From Proteromonas lacertae (taxonomy: Eukaryota): DNA of 64,000 nt. Shown one piece after another: positions 1 to 13,006 of the stretch. The stretch lies in assembly GCA_002245135.1 (NCBI GenBank), contig NGBS01001160.1, positions 558,001 to 622,000 of the forward strand, read 5' to 3'. A program made the position numbers and the translations under genes. Below the pieces are notes generated by a model that was not told the origin of the DNA, searched no databases, and saw only the letters and a program-made list of their open reading frames with translations. The first letter of the stretch is position 1. Each line of letters opens with the position of its first letter.

Positions 1-182
1 TAATATTTCGCCTATTTGCTATGCAAGTTGTTAATATCTTACTTTTGTCTGTAAAATCTAACAATTATGCTAAATACTCATATTTATTTCATAATTGTTA
101 TACAATCATACCACACAAATGATATATAAAAAAGAGATGCAAATAAAATAAATAATAATTAACCACAATTTCGTCTAAAAAT

Positions 183-1600
183 TTACATAGAATCTAACTT
201 ATTCTCCGGGATTGTCTCATATAAATTGATATAATTACTATTTTGTGCTTCAACACGTTGGAGACTAGTCTTATAAGGAGTACTAACCTTCGGTACGTTG
301 GATCTAGTTAATGAAGTATGAGCATTAGCTGGGGACATAGGGACGGGATTATTATTCTTAATTGAAGACTTCATCATAGAAGACAATCTCAATTGATTAT
401 GAAGAGGAGTGCCTGGTTTCTTACCTGAATCACGCAATATTGAATGATGTCTAGCCACTGGAGTAGTTGCCGTACCAACTAAACTACTACTATTACTTCT
501 TCCACAACCACCACTTTCTTCGCCGTTTGCCATAATACACAAAGAAGAATTAACTGTTGTGGATGATCTAGCTCTCGCTGAGTTTATTCGTTGAGGTAAC
601 TGTTTCCTATATTCTATATAGTACTCATCAATTTCATGTAACAACGGATATTGCGTAAACATACTTAAATATTTAACAGCAAAACATTCTTTAAGGGGTT
701 TATAATCAGGATGATATTTCTTGATTATAATTGTAGTTAAATCAATCATTGTTATTGAATCTAAATCTGTTTCATAATCATATACTGAACAATTACATTC
801 ACCAAGTATAACATTTCTCATTCTTATACTACACTTTTCAGGTGGATATTTACCTTTGTGAGTCATTCTATAGTCTTTTATTTGTTGAATGTTTTTTCTT
901 CTGTTTAATAGTTTTATTCCATTCCATACTCGATTTATTAAATTCATTCGTATTTGTGATAAATTAGTCCATAATTCTTGTCTCTGTGAAGCAAAATTAA
1001 GGAATTGGTTGAAACTTAGAAAACCATCATCATTTCTATAAAAAATAAATATACATTAATATACATATCTAAATATTTAAAAGACTGAATGCTTGATATA
1101 TCTGCATAGGTAGTTGCTTCAAACAATTTTAATATATTCAAAATATCTTTCCAAGAAACTAATTTTGACGACTCTGGAAGAGAATGTATAATTGTGTAAA
1201 AAATAGCAGGCGTTGGAGCAAATGATAAATATACAATAGTTTGAAAAAATGTATTCCAATCTAATTGGTCACCATTCTCTATAACAATAGAATTTCATTA
1301 ATTTAATACGTAGATATGAAAAAATATGATCAAAAAATGGGAGATAATCAACTTGAATTAAACCTACCAGTTTTGATGTAAAATAAGCAGGAGAAGTGCT
1401 TTTTCTATCACATTAATAATAATACCATATATATACTTTGCAAAATATCTATATAGCTTTAATAATGTTTTTATTTCGTGATTATTCACTAAGAATAAAA
1501 TTGTATCTATACTAAAAAAATATTTAGCAAAACGCAAGGATTCCTGGTTGAACCCATTCATTTCTGCACAATCTAAAGGACCAACTGAGCCTCTTAACAT
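183..1600 (-). CDS. Degenerate EF-hand (calcineurin B/NCS-like) family protein, paralog A1, multi-exon
   Basis: Spliced model MLRGSVGP..NGFNQESLRFAKYFF/VNNHEIK../DWNTFFQTIVYLSFAP../DI|NDDGFLSFNQF; last exon contains ORF 183-947 with a Ser-rich tail and HSILRD; short GT-AG introns. Confidence 0.8.
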
Positions 1601-1754
1601 CCCATATAGAATTTAGAAAGAATAACGAAATGACTAAAACGACTATATTTTTGGATTATTTGTTTTTTTCTCTGTATCAATAAATGCTACAAATCAATAA
1701 AGAAATCTTAAAGTTTATAATATGCACATTATATAGACAGATTTTGCAAATATA

Positions 1755-3085
1755 CTAAGATACCTCGTCATATTTGGTCATATCTACACTAATCGTAGTT
1801 TCACTTTTGTTAGTAGTTGTAGGACTAGTTACAGTGTTTACTAGAATATTTGGAATTGCACAAGTAGATTTTCTGTTATTTCCACTGATTCCATACATTG
1901 ACAAATTATTAATACTCTTTCTAGAATGCGATACTCTTGTTGATGTTCTTAATATTGACTTTTTGCTTGGTGTACCATTGTTTGTCATTCTATTCATCAC
2001 TTCTGAATTTACTGAACTAGTTTCTGAGAGTAATGAATCTTTAGCATATGATAATGATGCTCTTTTTGGTATAAAATTCCTAAAGATAATATAAAACTTA
2101 TCAATATCAAATATAACAGGATAAGAATTAAATGCACCTAAAAACTTCATTGCAAACTTGTGTTTACCAAAACGAAAATTGGGATTATACTTTTTCACTA
2201 CAACAACTAATAACTGTATGAAACTTAGCTGTTCTACATCACAACTATAATCATATCTATTAGGGTTTGGTTTGAACTTCATAAGCCTTTTAATATACTC
2301 TAAACATGATTCATGTGGAAAAGTACCTTTATGATACTCCTGATATTGTTTAATGAAATTTATATTCTTTCTTCTTCTCAATATTATTTTATGTCCTTCA
2401 TTAGGAAAGAATGTATGCAACATATGAATTCTTGAAACATATAAAGTTTCCCACAATTCTGGTGTTTGTGATGCAAAAGCAAAAAATTGATTCCAATTCA
2501 AACATCCATCATTATTCAGATCATATTTATAGAATATCGACAATGTATAAGGTAAAACTATATGTACAGTACGTAGAGCTGTCAATAAACGAGTCCAGAT
2601 CTGCTGTGGACACTTGAGATTCAAAGGTGGGAAAAGTAAAGAATAAAACTAAATCAATATATTATTATAAATGAAATAATACAATAAAAGATTGAAACCT
2701 GAGGAGCTAACGAAAAGAATACAACAAATTGAAAAAAATTATTCCAATCTACTTGCTTATCTTCTAGGAATAATAGGATTAAACTAATTATACCATAAAA
2801 TGAGAAAAGATGGTCGAAAAGCGGCAGCTTTTCATTATGCATTACTTCCAACATTTTATTTTTGAATGATTCACGGCCTGTAGAGTTCCTAAACAAAATA
2901 AGGGTAAGTGTAACTTACTTATCTATTTTGTTATATATATTTCTTATAATGGATATCTCGTGGTTATTTACTATTTATAATATAAAAATATGCATAATAC
3001 AGAAAAAATAATTCGCAAATAGGACTGATTGTTGATCTAAGCCATTTTTATCGTACTTTGACAGTGGTACGACTTTGGGAAGCAT
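1755..3085 (-). CDS. EF-hand family paralog A2
   Basis: ATG at 3085 (MLPKVVPLSKYDKNGLDQQSVLFANYFF); DWNNFFQFVVFFSLAP; DLNNDGCLNWNQF; KSILRT tail; apparent 1-nt frameshift near 2540-2600. Confidence 0.8.
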
Positions 3086-3283
3086 TATTTAAACAAGACT
3101 TTACGATCCTTAAAATTTCTGATGACGATCAACTACCAAAAATTTAATAAATAAAATAAAATTGTCGTTTAATTTAATTTCATTTTTTATAACCGAAGAA
3201 ACAGGAACAGAGAAAATACGCTTTTCATATACAGGATTAGAATTATTTATTTGATATATGCGAGGAGATTGTAAAAGTATGAA

Positions 3284-4813
3284 CTAATTTACGATTTCAG
3301 GGATTGCTTCAAACGAGGTATTACTCAATTCACAGCATTTACTATCACCCAATGTAAGACCACGCCTTGAACGTAAAAATAAGGCACAAGATGTAACATT
3401 GTTTGGTGAACCAATATCTGTTGAATTTGGTAGTTGTGCAACACAGAGTGAATTCATACGAATAGTACAATTCTGTAGAGACATACTGAAAGTTCTTTTT
3501 TGAAATGGAGTTATTCCAATACTAGTTTTTCTTGATTTTGAAACACTATTCGATGACTTTCGTAGTATTGACTTCACATTCTTCTTCATATTATACATTT
3601 GTTGTCTCTGTTGTAAAGATGATTTTCTACTTAAGTTAATTGATACACTGGATGTTGCGACATAATTATTAGCAGAGAAAATATCTTCACTCTTTACTCT
3701 TGCTCTAGGCATCATTTTATGGTATTGTAAATAATATGCACCAATTTCATTAAGGTCTGGATAGGAGGACATTTGAGTTAAGTGTTTTAAATGAAACAAT
3801 TCTTTAAAATGAACGAAATCAGGGTTGTATTTCTTTATAATGATTGTACACAATTCCAAATAGGATGAATGGATATTAAATACTGGACAATAATCATATT
3901 TAAAAGGATGTGGTAGATTTTTTAATTTTCTTATAAAGTTATCACAACAACTATATGTATGTTCTTGAGTTACATTACCTGGTTGAATATTACGTAATAT
4001 TGAGGGATGCGTTGCTGGAGGTAACTTTCCATTGTGAATAATTTCATAATCTCTAATCATATTGATATGCAACCTTCTATTAAGTATAACTAGATTGTAT
4101 TTATTTGGAAAGAAAGTTTCGATAATTTGTTGGCGGAATTGGTAGAGGTTATCACAAATATCAGAACATTGAGTAATGAAATTGAAGAATTGATTGATAG
4201 ACAGATAATCATCATTGTTCCTACATAATTATATATAGATATTCTATACAAATCATATTTGTGAAAGATATTTAATTTGTGAGAATCAACTCTACTGGAT
4301 GTTCTTAGAAGGATAGTCAATTGTGCAAGATTGTGCCAAGATACTTGCCCTTCAAAACCAGGTAGTGATTGAAAGATAACTAGATTAATTAATAAATTGA
4401 TTAATAATACCATAAAAAACAGCAGGGTTGGGAGCAAATGAATAAAACATGATTAATTGGAAGAAATTGTTGAAGTCAACATCCAGTTTATCTATATGGA
4501 ACTCATAAATGAAATCTATATACCAAAGAAAGAAAAGATGTGTTCTAGTAAGGGAAGAGAGCATATCTTTATGAATTTTTGGAAACTTTTCTGAAACTAC
4601 CTGTCTTCTTTTCATCTCTATAAATAGTTTAAAATTCGCTATTTTATACTTTTTAATGAGCAGATATTTTTTGTATATTGAGGATATTTCTTTATTGTTG
4701 ACTGCGAACATATATCACAAAAATATACGAAGGTGATAGGAAGCAAACATTATTGATTCACTGTTGAATCCATTTATATCATTCATAGCTGTCCTAGCCT
4801 GAGGTGATTCCAT
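3284..4813 (-). CDS. EF-hand family paralog A3
   Basis: ATG at 4813 (MESPQART..NGFNSESIMFASYHL); DFNNFFQLIMFYSFAP; KYDL|NNDDYLSINQF; KSILRK; ends FEAIPEIVN. Confidence 0.8.
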
Positions 4814-4975
4814 TTATTATATACTTTAAGAAGAAAATAGAAAAATAATTTTGATTTTCTTTTTCAAATTTCTAACGACTAGTTTAATGAAAGAATGTAT
4901 TTCAAAAAACAATAAGGCTACAAGAATCTTAATTCTTAAATTAATACATTACATGACTTAAACTACATAATATAC

Positions 4976-6386
4976 TCATGAAAACGGTGTTTCTGGTATT
5001 GAATCAACATTATCCATATTGAAAGGTGTAGATGGTAGTGGTACTCGTAAATTACCATTAGCAGATCTATATGATACTTTTAGTGGAGGTAGTGACTTCT
5101 TACTCTGCGGTGTACTTTGCAATGAGTATTTATGTAGTCTAGTGAGTGTCATTAAACTGGTACAATGCATAGGCTGTTGAACAAATGCTTGTGCTGGTGA
5201 TGAATACTTCCTTGAACTTGATATTGATATTCTGTTGTTATATGAGCTTGTATTCTTCTTTGAATCTCGCAGTATAGAATGTGTACTTTTTTGACTAAAT
5301 TCAGATGAATTTATATCAAATGGAATTGATAATTTTATCGGAGAAACGTTCTTTTTAGGTAATGCTGCTTTAAATCTGATATAAAACTGATCAATCTCTA
5401 ATATCATTGGAAATTGGTGATAGACATTCAGATATTTCATTGCAAACAACTCTTTACTACACACACATTGTTTATTATACTTCTTAATCATAAAATATAC
5501 AAATTCAGACAATGATATACTTTCTATATTCTCTACACTGTAATCATATTTATAATCTGATGGTATTCCTTTTATATTATTAATTAAATATGTAAAGCAT
5601 GATATTTTACCTCCATGTTGCTGTTTCTGTAATTGAGGTAAATGCGCTGGAAATTTGTTATTATGATTTTGTAAATATTCATTTATATCATTTATATACT
5701 CCCTTCGCTGTAGTATTATCCTATATCTAAAATCAGGGAATATATGATTGATTAATGAATCACGAAACATAAATAAAGGATCCCATAACATTGTTGTTTG
5801 TGATGTGAAATTACAAAATTGATTGAATGATAAACCACCATCTTTATTCATATCATATTTTTTGAAGAGATTAATTACTGATTGATCTATTTTACCTATT
5901 GTATCTAGAGATGATGATAGTTTTAATATATCTTCCCATGTGACTTGTTCTACAACATTATGTAATCCATGAAGAATGAAATAAAAAACAGCAACCATTG
6001 GTGCCAGACTAAAAAACATAACAAATTGGAAGAAATCATTGAAGTCTACCATGGTATAATCTATCAGAATAAATAGATAATTGATAAATACCATATATAG
6101 AAAATAAGTTATCTAAAAGAGTCAAATGTTCGATTTCCAATAGATTTTGCATATTAATACGAAATAATCCAGAACCTATATTCTTTCTATTCACAAAATA
6201 TTAAATTCATGTTAATACTTGTTACATTTGTTATAAAACTTTTGGACCATTTGAATTTCGTAATTATTTACTAATACATAAAACAATCAATTGTATTATA
6301 CAGAAGAAATACTTTGCGAAACACACTGACATCATATTCAACCCATTTTTGTCTTGAGTATCTTCTGCGTATATCTTATTTGACAT
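4976..6386 (-). CDS. EF-hand family paralog A4
   Basis: ATG at 6386 (MSNKIYAEDTQDKNGLN..FAKYFF); ORF 4976-6094 has DFNDFFQFVMFFSLAP, DMNKDGGLSFNQF, HSILRD. Confidence 0.85.
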
Positions 6387-6534
6387 TTCACTTAGTTAAG
6401 TCTCTCTATACCTTATGATTAAAAAAAAACTAATGATCAACGAAAAAATTCCCATAAAATTTTCATTCAATCCACTTCCCCATAAAAATGTTTAAAAAAC
6501 TTAAATAAAAGTATAATATCCTATTTTACGATTC

Positions 6535-7927
6535 TTATTCTGGCACTTCCATGACAGATTCAGTAACCACAACTGAACTACTCCCAAAGCGCAAAGCAAT
6601 GGGTGTTTCAAACACTATAGGTTGCTGTTGTTGTGGAAAACATGGAATACCAACAGCAGCAACCAAATCTGGAACTGATTTCCTCTTTATTACACAAGAA
6701 GATGCTAACTTATGTCCATTACTTCCAGATAATCTATTATCTGTTGTATTCCTTCTAGATCTCACTGCACTTCTCAAGATCGATGGTTTTCTTGAGTTTC
6801 TTGAAGATGTTGCTGCCAACTCCACTAGATTATTGTTTGATGATGAAATTGTATTTTTTCTTCTCTCCTCTAGATTCTTTATTTTATCAGGAGAAATACA
6901 TCTAAATTCTATATAATACTTATCTATGACATTCACTACTTTATGTCTACTAAACTGATATAAATGTTTAATTTGGAATGTCTCTTTCTTCTTTGGTGGT
7001 TCAAAGAATGGCTTATACGTTTTTATCTGTATATTCACCAAACTATCAAATGAGATCATACCTGCTTTAGATTCATAATCATATTCATATGGATTGGGTG
7101 TGCCAAACATACATGACTTAAATGACGAACCACAATTTGACTTGGGGAATTTTCCGTTGTGTGTTGTTTGATAATCTTTTATATCTTCAATTTTTAATTT
7201 CCTTTGTAATATATCAAGATAAGAATTATGTTGGAAAAATGTATTTACTACATTTGTTTTGAATTTAAATATAATTTCCCAATAATTCTGACTATTTTCG
7301 ACGAAATTAAAGAACTGATTTAAATTGATATGACCATCTTCATTTATATCCGATCTTTTGAATATTTTCTTTATTTGTTCCTGCTCATCTATCTTTATTC
7401 CTTTGTTTAAAAAGGATAGTAATAATAATACATCTGGAAATGTAACATCTGCTTTCATTTCAGAGAATGAACATACCAAGACTATTATTTATAATAATTA
7501 TATATAATTTAGAAATACAATAAAAATAAGCTACTGTTGGAGAGAATGCAGTGAACATAATGAAACGAAAAAAATGGTTCCAGTCCATAATACATTCATC
7601 TATAGGGGATATAACTATGATTTTAGTAAATACCTCCTACTTTTATAAGTTTAGAAAACATCGGTACATTCTCTACATTAATAAAATCCAAAAACATAAA
7701 CTGTGAGATAAACTCTCCACTACAACTTCTATATTGATATAAACAACAACAAACTAAAATACTGTTTAAATGCATTAAATAACGTCTTTATATAAGTAAT
7801 TTCATAATTATTTACTAAATATTATAGTTTTATAACAAATACGACAAAAATATTCTCCGAAAAGCTGAGAGTATTTATCAAGACCATTCTTATCACTGGA
7901 ACTTACATCTGGAATAATTTTAGGCAT
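6535..7927 (-). CDS. EF-hand family paralog A5
   Basis: ATG at 7927 (MPKIIPDVSSSDKNGLD); DWNHFFRFIMFTAFSP; DINEDGHINLNQF; PSILRS. Confidence 0.8.
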
Positions 7928-8294
7928 ATCAGTTATTTATTAAAAACATTCTAATAACATTAAATAGTAAAACGAAAAAATTTAAAGGTTATCAAGCTTT
8001 GATCAAACTATCCTAAAAATAGACGATTATAAGATGTAGTGAGATCATTGAACTATAGCTATCATCATTTCTCTTACTCTCTATAACATTTTGATATTCT
8101 AATATAAAAAAGGGAGATAATTGCAAAACATTCACAGATGCTACATTCTATCTGTCGCAAATAATATACATAATATTGTTAAAATTGAAAGCAATCCTAA
8201 AATCAAATCAAAAAAAAATCAATATATTACGACAATATATAAATATATATATTATTAAAATAAATAAGATAATGTCAAATATGTACATTTACAA

Positions 8295-9585
8295 TCATAT
8301 TTTTACTATTGTCACACTACTTTGTTTCTTATGTGATGGAGTTGTTACTCCTACACCACGATAGGACACTGAAGGAGAGCATGCTGAAGAGGTACTCAAC
8401 GCTCTATCAAGTCTAACTGTTGCTTTGACTGAACTGAATTTACCTGTTACTAAAATAGAACTTGTACAACCTGATAGATTCGATAATGTAGAGAATGATT
8501 CTGTATTTGCTTTTGCTCTTCCAATATGTTTACCAATTTCATCCTCGTCATTCTCTTCTTTATGATGAGGTATTTGATTGTAAAACTTCATATAATAAAC
8601 ATCTATTTCATTGAGTTTTGGTTTTTGTTCAAAAATTGTTACAAACTTCTTTGCAAATGCTCTTCTTACTGGTTTATAATTTGGAACATACCTTTTAATA
8701 AACATATGTGTAATATCTTTAAATGATAAAGTCTCTAATTTAGTATCATAATCAAATTTTGAAGGGTTTGGTAAATGGAAGATTCTATTTTTAAATTTTG
8801 TCATACAGGACATTTTGGGTAATTCACCTCCTGATGTTGACATGTATATTTTTATTTGAGTAATTTTCTCTCTTCTCTTTAATATTGTCTTCCATAATCC
8901 TCCACTAAAACAATAATCTAATATTGCCAATCTAAATATAAACACTTGCTCTAACAGCGGATAACTAGTGTCTATAAACTTGTAAAATTGATTCAATTTG
9001 AGAAAACCGTCTTTATTTCTATTTTTATATTAATATTATATAATAAATACAAATCATAACTATTGAATAATTGAATTATTTGTTCATCAATGAAGCCATC
9101 ACGATTAAATAACTGTAATATATGATCTACATCACTCTAAAAGGAGAATAATATTAGAAAGTATACTATATGAATTCTTCCATCATATTCTGGTAAAAAA
9201 TTGAGTATTGAATAAATGACAGATGCCATTGGACCTATTCCATAGAACATAACAAATTGAAAGAAATCATTCCAGTACATCATGTGATTTGGATAGACTG
9301 AATAGAAAATCTCGAAAAAAGGCAATGGCCTGATGCTCATACAGTTAATAAAAGCTATAAGGGATATTCCATCTGTTTCAGATTTACTAGAACGTAATAA
9401 TATTGTGACATACATTCGAATCTTTTCATATTTTCTGTGAATCATATTTATCTCTTCATGATTTACTATATTAAATTATATTACATAATTTTTATACGAT
9501 AAAAGTACTTAGCAAACAAAAGAGAGTGATCATCAAAATCGTGAGGATCTGCATTCTGTTGCGACACCACCTTTGCCTTGTCCAT
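8295..9585 (-). CDS. EF-hand family paralog A6
   Basis: ATG at 9585 (MDKAKVVSQQ..FAKYFY); YWNDFFQFVMFYGIGP; YDL|NKDGFLKLNQF; tail has SSILVT (SILK variant). Confidence 0.8.
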
Positions 9586-9981
9586 ACACAGATATCGATT
9601 GAGAAATTTTACACAGAATAGAATATGATCAAAACGAAAAAGTATAAATTTGAAACGGACAAATGTATTTACTGATAAATGAACATAATATAACAAAGTA
9701 TATACAAACACTGTGCACCAATCAATCGAAAAATATTGACATTTGTATGTATAAAATAGGAAACAAAGTACAGATGCTGTTAATACAACTAAAGGTTGTA
9801 AGTGTATGTGTTTGTTGAGTTTTAGATCTCATTAGGTAGGGTGCAATCAAATATGAGGTATCATTTTTTATATATTTAGTTTCCTATTCTATTTAGTAAC
9901 AACAACATCAATACACTTCAAAATAAATAAAATAATTATCTTAAATTATAATTACACAAAAATCTAAACATCATCACTATT

Positions 9982-11227
9982 CTATTTAGATAAATCAAAA
10001 TCTTCCTTATTAATTGACTTTCTAATATTTTTAAACTTACCAACAGTGATAGGTGTCACACTAATCGTATTAGTAGAAGTTCTATTCGAAGTTGAATAAG
10101 TTGAACACCTCAAGATAGATGAAGAAGTTCGATTTGTATTACCTCCTCCATTTGTTGATAAATCCAGACTTAATACCGAAGTACTGGTATACTGTTTATA
10201 TTGTGATGGCATTTTAATCTTCACTATATTAGATATCATCCTATTATATTCAATATAATATTTGTCTATCTCATATGTTATTTCATTCTCTTTAAACATA
10301 TCCAAATGATGCAAATTTCCACTTTTCTTCGTTTTACAAACGGAATGATATTTGTTTATTATTACATTTGTTAAAAATGAATATGATATTTCTTCTATTT
10401 CACAATCATAATCAAATCTATCTGGATGTGATTCACCATTGAAAAACTGTTGTAATGAAGTTAAACATGGCTGTGATATTAGTTTATCATGGTTATTGAA
10501 CTTGTAGTCTTTTATATGCTTGATATTCCTTCGCCTATTTAATATTATTTTGTATTTTTCATCAGTGAAGAAATATCCCAGCATTTTGATTTTGAATGTA
10601 TAGAAGCTTTTACAGGAATTATATCGATGTGATAAAAGCGATAGAAACTGATTAAAACTGATTGAACCATCTCTGTTTATATCGTAACGATGAAATAAAT
10701 CTTTCATTCCATCAACTTCTGATCCTTTCCCTACAAAAGAAAAGAATTTTCTTATTATATCCTAACATAAGATATAGAATTAATAAAAAAAATACCATGT
10801 CAATTTTGTTATTATATTCTGGAATTAAATGTAAAACAAAAGTAAAAAATGATGCCATTGGACTTAAACAACAAAACATTATCAACTGAAAAAAATCATT
10901 CCAACTCATTGGTTTTCTTTTATAAATTCTGAATATTTCTACTAATAATGGAGTTTTTTGACATCATTACCCACAGTCGCATTGAATCTTCATTAATGGA
11001 GTTATTTACAGAATGCCTATCATATTATAACCACAATAATAGAAATACTTCCAAATAAACGCATACTTACTTCTTATTCTCTTTATTTCTTTATTATTTA
11101 CTAAATAGAATAAAGAGAATAGCATACAATAGTAGTATTTAGCAAATTTGACAGAATCCTGGTTCAACCCGTTTTTATCAACAATATCTTCGTCAATAGG
11201 TATAGGATAAACCTTCTTATCAGCCAT
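9982..11227 (-). CDS. EF-hand family paralog A7 (indels at about 10700-11000)
   Basis: MADKKVYP..DKNGLNQDSVKFAKYYY; SWNDFFQLIMFCCLSP; DINRDGSISFNQF; SSILRC. Middle exons do not splice cleanly, so either assembly error or decay. Confidence 0.7.
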
Positions 11228-11430
11228 TTACTATTTAATGCTAAATAAACTACAAAAAAATATTTAGTCGTTATATATAATTTATCGTTTTATTTCATTT
11301 CATACATATAGCAAAAGCACATTCACACAAAAATAAGAATATTCATATAAAGTCAGATAATATATAGTGAATTACAGACATTATATCTAATTTACAGTAT
11401 TAACTTGTAATACTGACACTATTTACTGAT

Positions 11431-12770
11431 CTAGATACAATAACCATTACTATCACTCAGAGTTGGTGGTAAATCTTGATGAGGAGTGGCAATTGATCCT
11501 TCATTAGACATTACTGGCAATTGAATAGATCTTTTATAAAATTGAAATGCTACAGCTGAATTTCTGACATTTAGTTGATGATAAGTGGGTTTTCTCTGCT
11601 TCAATACACCAAAACTTGATTTTCTTAAAATGCTACTGGAACAAGAATCAGTAGAACATAGAGAAACAACTGAAACTTTTCTATGTCCTGTTTGACCACT
11701 TTCTTCATTATCACTAATGGGTTGATGGTGAAACTGAGATTGGGGTTGAGTTGAGGATGAAGAGTATAATGGCTGTAGCACCTGCTGTGGTAATAAGAAA
11801 TTTGGTATGTCATGCATAGGTATTGCCTTATTATATTCATAATAAAATGCATCAATTTCATTCAATATGATATAAGGTAATACTTTACTCAAGAATCTAC
11901 TGGATTGTCTTTTCCGTTTTTTAATCTTATATTCAGAATTATATTTTCTTATAATCATAGCATTAATATCATAAAATGATATATCTGTTAATTTACAATC
12001 ATAATCATATCGATTAGGGTTTGATTCAAAATATCTATTCAGAATATCAATACATGAACTACTGGGCAATTTATTATTGTGTCTTAACTGATATCCTTTA
12101 ATTTCAGTAATATTTTTCCTTCTGTTTAATATTGTACGATATTTAGAATTTGGAAAGAAATAAGATAACATTTTTATTCTAAATATATAAAACAAATCAC
12201 AACTTGGATGGACTTTTTCAAAAAATTTACAGAATTGAGTGAAATTTAAACAATTATCTCTATTTAAATCCAAAGAGTGAAATAATTCCTGAGCATTAAC
12301 TGATTTTATTACTCTTTCTAATTCTACTAGCGAAAACAACTCTAACATTAAATCGAGGCTAACTAAGCCATCATATGAAGGTTTAATATGTAATATTGTA
12401 TATAAATAAGATGCCATTGGACACAACGAATAGTATATCACAAACTGAAAAAAATCATTCCACTCTAGAATTTCGTTATTAAAACATGAAAACAAATATT
12501 CCACTAAAGGTATATCTGGTATCCCTGCATATACGATAAACTGACTGGATGTTACAACATTATCAATAGAATCCCTATAATAAACGATATGAACTATACT
12601 TCTTAAAAAAATCATATTTCTTCTTTAATGCTTTAATTTCATTGTTATTTACTAAAACATATTCAAAATAACATACAATAGAAATATTTTGCAATTTTAA
12701 TAGACTCTTCATTCAGGTCATTCCTGTCTTTCAAGATCTTTTCTGTTGGTGATACTTTACCTCTATTCAT
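11431..12770 (-). CDS. EF-hand family paralog A8
   Basis: ATG at 12770 (MNRGKVSP..DRNDLNEESIKIAKYFY); EWNDFFQFVIYYSLCP; DLNRDNCLNFTQF; SSILRK. Confidence 0.85.
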
Positions 12771-13006
12771 TTATATGCTCAAAATATCAACATATAACTC
12801 AGCAAAAAAACAATAACATCAGATGAAACGGTATAATTTTTTGAAATGTTTCTTCAAAATTTCATAATGACAGAATGTCAAAGAATTCAATAGAATGATT
12901 AATTGTCATGAATAGTCGATCGGGTGGTTGGAAATGCGATAATGATGTATTATGCTTTTATGGATGACTAAATGCTGTTAGGCTTATATTTACTATCAAT
13001 AATAAA

